Assembly (NCBI GenBank): GCA_002269645.1 | Contig: NIVC01000089.1 | Location: 744,001 to 808,000, forward strand | Direction: 5' to 3' | Source: Macrostomum lignano | Lineage: Eukaryota | DNA: 64,000 nt | Shown: one piece after another, positions 60,567-64,000 of the stretch | Layout: the number at the start of each line of letters is the position of its first letter | How positions within the stretch are numbered: the first letter of the stretch is position 1 | The notes under the pieces: generated by a model | Told to the model about the DNA's origin: nothing | What the model saw: the letters and a program-made list of their open reading frames with translations, nothing else | Database searches by the model: none | Position numbers and translations under genes: made by a program

Positions 60567-63372
60567 ATGAAATTTCGAGCAGCCACGCAGGACGCGGGCT
60601 GCGTGCAGTACCTGTGCAAGGCTATCGTATTCGTGTCCAAGCTGGCTAACAATTGCGTCATGCGATGCACGCCAGACTGCATTTATTTTGTGCTGTGCGG
60701 CCACACAGTTGAAGGCGGCGTTCGCGTCTGGTTTGAAATTAAACGGGACACCCTGTTCTCGGACTACTCCATGGCCGGCTTGGACGATGAGCACGAGGAG
60801 GTGAGTCGCCATAAATAATAGCCTATGTCCCAAGTTCGATTCCTGATGCGACCTGCGCTCTAAAAGTTGGAATGCCACGAGCCATTCCAGCCCTCCGGCC
60901 CGTCGAGATATTCAACAATCTGTCAGAAGGTCGGATTTTTCTCATAAGCTTGTGTATTGAACACACCCCTAGCACTGCGCCACAGTGCAGCCTTGCCAAG
61001 GCTCCAAAGTTCATCAGAACGTCGATCACTTGTGTCTGCTTCAGCTTTGACTTTGTTGTTCACTGGCCTTCACCCAGATGGAGCTTCTGGACCTTCATAA
61101 GATGCCACCGGGTCACTATGGACAACCTGTTGAAATTAGTATCCCCTACTGTTAATATGTTCTATATATGATTTAATAGAGCTTTGCCAAGATCTCAACC
61201 ATTTTCACCTGGACCCGAGATTTCTAGATTTCTTTCCTATTAACTATAAATAATTAAAAAGCAACTTGATTGTGAAATTGACTTTTGCTTGTTAATTTAC
61301 AAATTTAGATTGGTTATTACAAATTGGCTCTGCTCATTCTCAGCAAAATACTGTGTTGACTGTCTCCTACCCTAAACAGGTGCAGCTCGAGGTGGTGCTG
61401 GAGACCATGGTCGGCGCGCTCACAAAGTCCTTCGGGCAGGCGCGAGGCCTTCGCCTCAAGCTGACACGTCGAGACGCTGCGCCTCTGCTACAGATGGAGC
61501 TGGAACTGCCGACTGTGCTCACGGATGAGTCACGTCACGTGACTCACAATGTACCTGTGCGAGTTGTACCGCTGCGCTACTGGGGCGAATTCCAGACTCC
61601 GCTGGAGCCCGAATTCGACATCAGCTTCTACTTTCCGCCGTTGAGTAGCGTGCGCAACGTGCTGGACAGGATGCGGAATCTCAGCAACCGGTTGACCATC
61701 TTTGCTCAGCGATCAACCAGGTGCGCGCTAGCGAGCTGTCCAGTGCAGAGTCCCAGTCTGCTTTTTTAGTCATGTTTTCGCTTAGAGATGATAGATGTTA
61801 TTTTCGTAACAGTTTTATTCTCTTGGGGGTTTCTTAGAAATCATTCTATAGTGTCGTCAAAAATTCCTACAATGATGATATTTGTTGGAATTAAGTTTAT
61901 TTAATTAAGTACACCTGCTCTATTGGGCAACCAACAGCTCAGCCGCAGCTCTTGCGCAGCGCATCTGAAGGCTGCGTACGGCTGTTCAGTCCAAGGACTG
62001 TGGGGGGGCTCTCTACACCCATCTTCAATTGCCCCAGCTAAGGCTGCTACCCATTTAACAGCTGGGTGAACTGAAGCAATGCAGAGTTAAGTGTCTTGCT
62101 CAAGGACACAAATTGTTCCGAGTGGTATCGGGAATCGAACCCCCGACCTTCAAGTCGTGACTCCGACGCTCTAACCACTAGGCTACAACCCTTGGCTAGA
62201 AGTTAGAAGTCGATGGTCTTTTTTGTTTAAAAACTGCCGTTGTTTCTTAGAAACGTTATTGCCAGTCCGGTATGTAGTTTCTTAGAAATTTCAAGCTAAT
62301 TAGAAATGGGCACCCGCGATAGATTTGCGAGCACCCACCCTAGCCTGTACTGTACGCAGGCACACTGGGAATTGTCACGCATCAGGGGTTGTCACCAATG
62401 ACAACCGCTCGATCCAATTTTCCTGCACACAAGCCCCAATTGAATGCGGTCGCACACGGAATCGAACTAGGGATCGTGCTCATCCCCACCCACAGATACT
62501 ATAATAACTAGATGAGGCACTCAGGCATATACTTAGTAAAACAGCTTTCTACTTTCAGTTCAGTAGCAAAGAAGAATACATATGCTATTTTATAAATTTT
62601 ATAAAAATAAAGGCAGCTGAAATGACTTTGATAAGTTTAGAAGCCCCAAGCTTGCAGGCGTAAACAACTTGCTAATTGGCTCAGCCATAATGTACATTGG
62701 CCAGTCCACTGAAATGTACATGGCAGATTTAGGCTGGAATTCAGATAAAAAGGCAATAAAAATTGGGGCGGGCGGGGGCAGTGCGGAAAGGCGCGGTTGG
62801 AGGGTTTAAGCTGGAGGGAGTCAGAGCCAGTGAAATGAGCCTTGGCTTTAAAAATACATTAAAATGCTTCAGTTTAACTTACTACTGAACTGAAAGTAGC
62901 TTACACGCAAACGTGCTGAGTGGCCCATCTAGTTATTCCTAGTATCTATGCCACCCCAAACTGGTGAAGCCGTCCTCACTGACCCCGCAGAGACCAGGGC
63001 AAGTGCTCGATGCGGCTCTCAGTCACCAACAGCATGGCCTCGGTGTCCACCACCTTTAAAGATTTGCAACTGCCTCGATGGCGCGACGAACCAGTCGACG
63101 CTGCAGGCGACGTTCACAACGGTCGCAATGGCGATGAAGGTGATGAAGCCGAAGATGCTGAAGCCGCAGCCGTAGGAGTCGACGTGCCGCAGTCGGCCCG
63201 GCCAGTCCGAGTCGCGGTGGACATTCGCAAGATTGGCTCGCTGTTGAGCAGCCCGCTGGCCTGTCCGACCCGAATAGTGTGCAACCTGGTGAGGCACCGG
63301 GTGGCCCAGTTCTTCATCTTTTACGATGAAGTCCAGCTGCAGTATTTCATACCCGCCCTGGATACTGAGTAG
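60567..63372 (+). CDS. HUS1: Checkpoint clamp (9-1-1) subunit HUS1
   Basis: Exons 60567-60800, 61380-61720, 62991-63372 (phases 0 and 2). MKFRA...KLANNCVMRCTPD...GGVRVWFEI, LKLT, VTHNVPVRVVP...W, FKDL, VDIRK and LQYFIPAL follow HUS1 along its full length. Confidence 0.95.
61933..62191 (-). mobile_element. tRNA-derived SINE, family B, with a CORE-like central domain
   Basis: Minus-strand head GGGTTGTAGCCTAGTGGTTAGAGCG...GGGTTCGATTCCC, then CCTTGAGCAAGACACTTAACTCTGCATTGCTTCAGTTCACCCAGCTG. Confidence 0.8.
62491..62950. mobile_element. Same MITE family, copy 2 (inverted), flanked by 5-bp CCACC direct repeats; in HUS1 intron 2
   Basis: CCACC at 62486-62490 and 62951-62955; termini CACAGAT...ATCTATG. 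Confidence 0.75.
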
Positions 63373-63477
63373 GGTTGGTAATGTGAACTTTTTATTTAAC
63401 TGTTTGTAAACCCTCCCCGTGTGCAGTTTATGTTTTTGAATCGCGTTTCATAGTTTTTAATCCCAACTTGGAGATAT

Positions 63478-64000
63478 GAAGTGTTTGAAGTGTCAGAAAT
63501 ATGAAGTGTCGGAGATATAAAGTGTCGGAGACATGAAGTGTCGGAGACATGAAGTGTCGGAGACATGAAGTGTCGGAGACATGAAGTGTCGGAGACATGA
63601 AGTGTCGGAGACATGAAGTGTCGGAGACATGAAGTGTCGGAGACATGAAGTGGTTAGTGTCGGAATATGAAGTGTCTGGGATATGAAGTGTCGGAGACAT
63701 GAAGTGTCGGAATATGAAGTGTCTGGGATATGAAGTGTCGGGGACATGAAGTGTCGGAAATTTGAAATGTCGGAGACATGAAGTGTCGGAGACATGAAGT
63801 GTCGGAGACATGAAGTGTCGGAGACATCAGGTGTCGGAGACATGAAGTGTCGGAGACATCAGGTGTCGGAGACATGAAGTGTCGGAGACATCAGGTGTCG
63901 GAGACATGAAGTGTCGGAGACATCAGGTGTCGGAGACATGAAGTGTCGGAGACATCAGGTGTCGGAGACATCAGGTGTCGGAGACATGAAGTGTCGGAGA
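63478..64000. repeat. Minisatellite, 16-bp unit GTGTCGGAGACATGAA (cut by window edge)
   Basis: Tandem copies with CATCAG variants. Confidence 0.96.

Noticed and set aside
62125-62191. tRNA-like sequence with A and B boxes (also near 49890-49954, 14050 and 29867)
   Set aside because: These are heads of multi-copy SINEs; no complete cloverleaf with a matching acceptor stem was found.

Overview
This is eukaryotic (animal) DNA, not prokaryotic. It has GC3-rich exons, GT-AG introns, (TTAGGG)n-type repeats, tRNA-derived SINEs and many intronic minisatellites; the style suggests a free-living flatworm such as Macrostomum (inference only). By manual splicing and translation I can support eight host genes: SLMAP-like FHA/coiled-coil/tail-anchor protein (-), an orphan coiled-coil gene (-), a shortened spatacsin SPG11 (+), a small secreted WSC-domain gene with an apparent frameshift (-), a GT32 DXD glycosyltransferase (+), a DUR3-type urea/solute symporter with 3' frameshifts (+), an atypical calpain with a degenerate catalytic triad (-), and HUS1 (+). 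Mobile DNA includes a Ginger/GIN1-type DDE integrase bracketed by related hairpins, RNase H and RTE LINE fragments, two SINE families, a Mutator-like foldback with a perfect 9-bp TSD, a CAC-ended MITE with a 5-bp TSD (Transib-like), a hAT MITE and several foldbacks. About 18 tandem arrays are present; the intronic ones mostly start just downstream of 5' splice donors. Most long ORFs in the supplied track that overlap these arrays are artefacts. There is no CRISPR array, rRNA or true tRNA gene. All family assignments come from motif recognition by eye; no database searches were run, and repeat boundaries are approximate.
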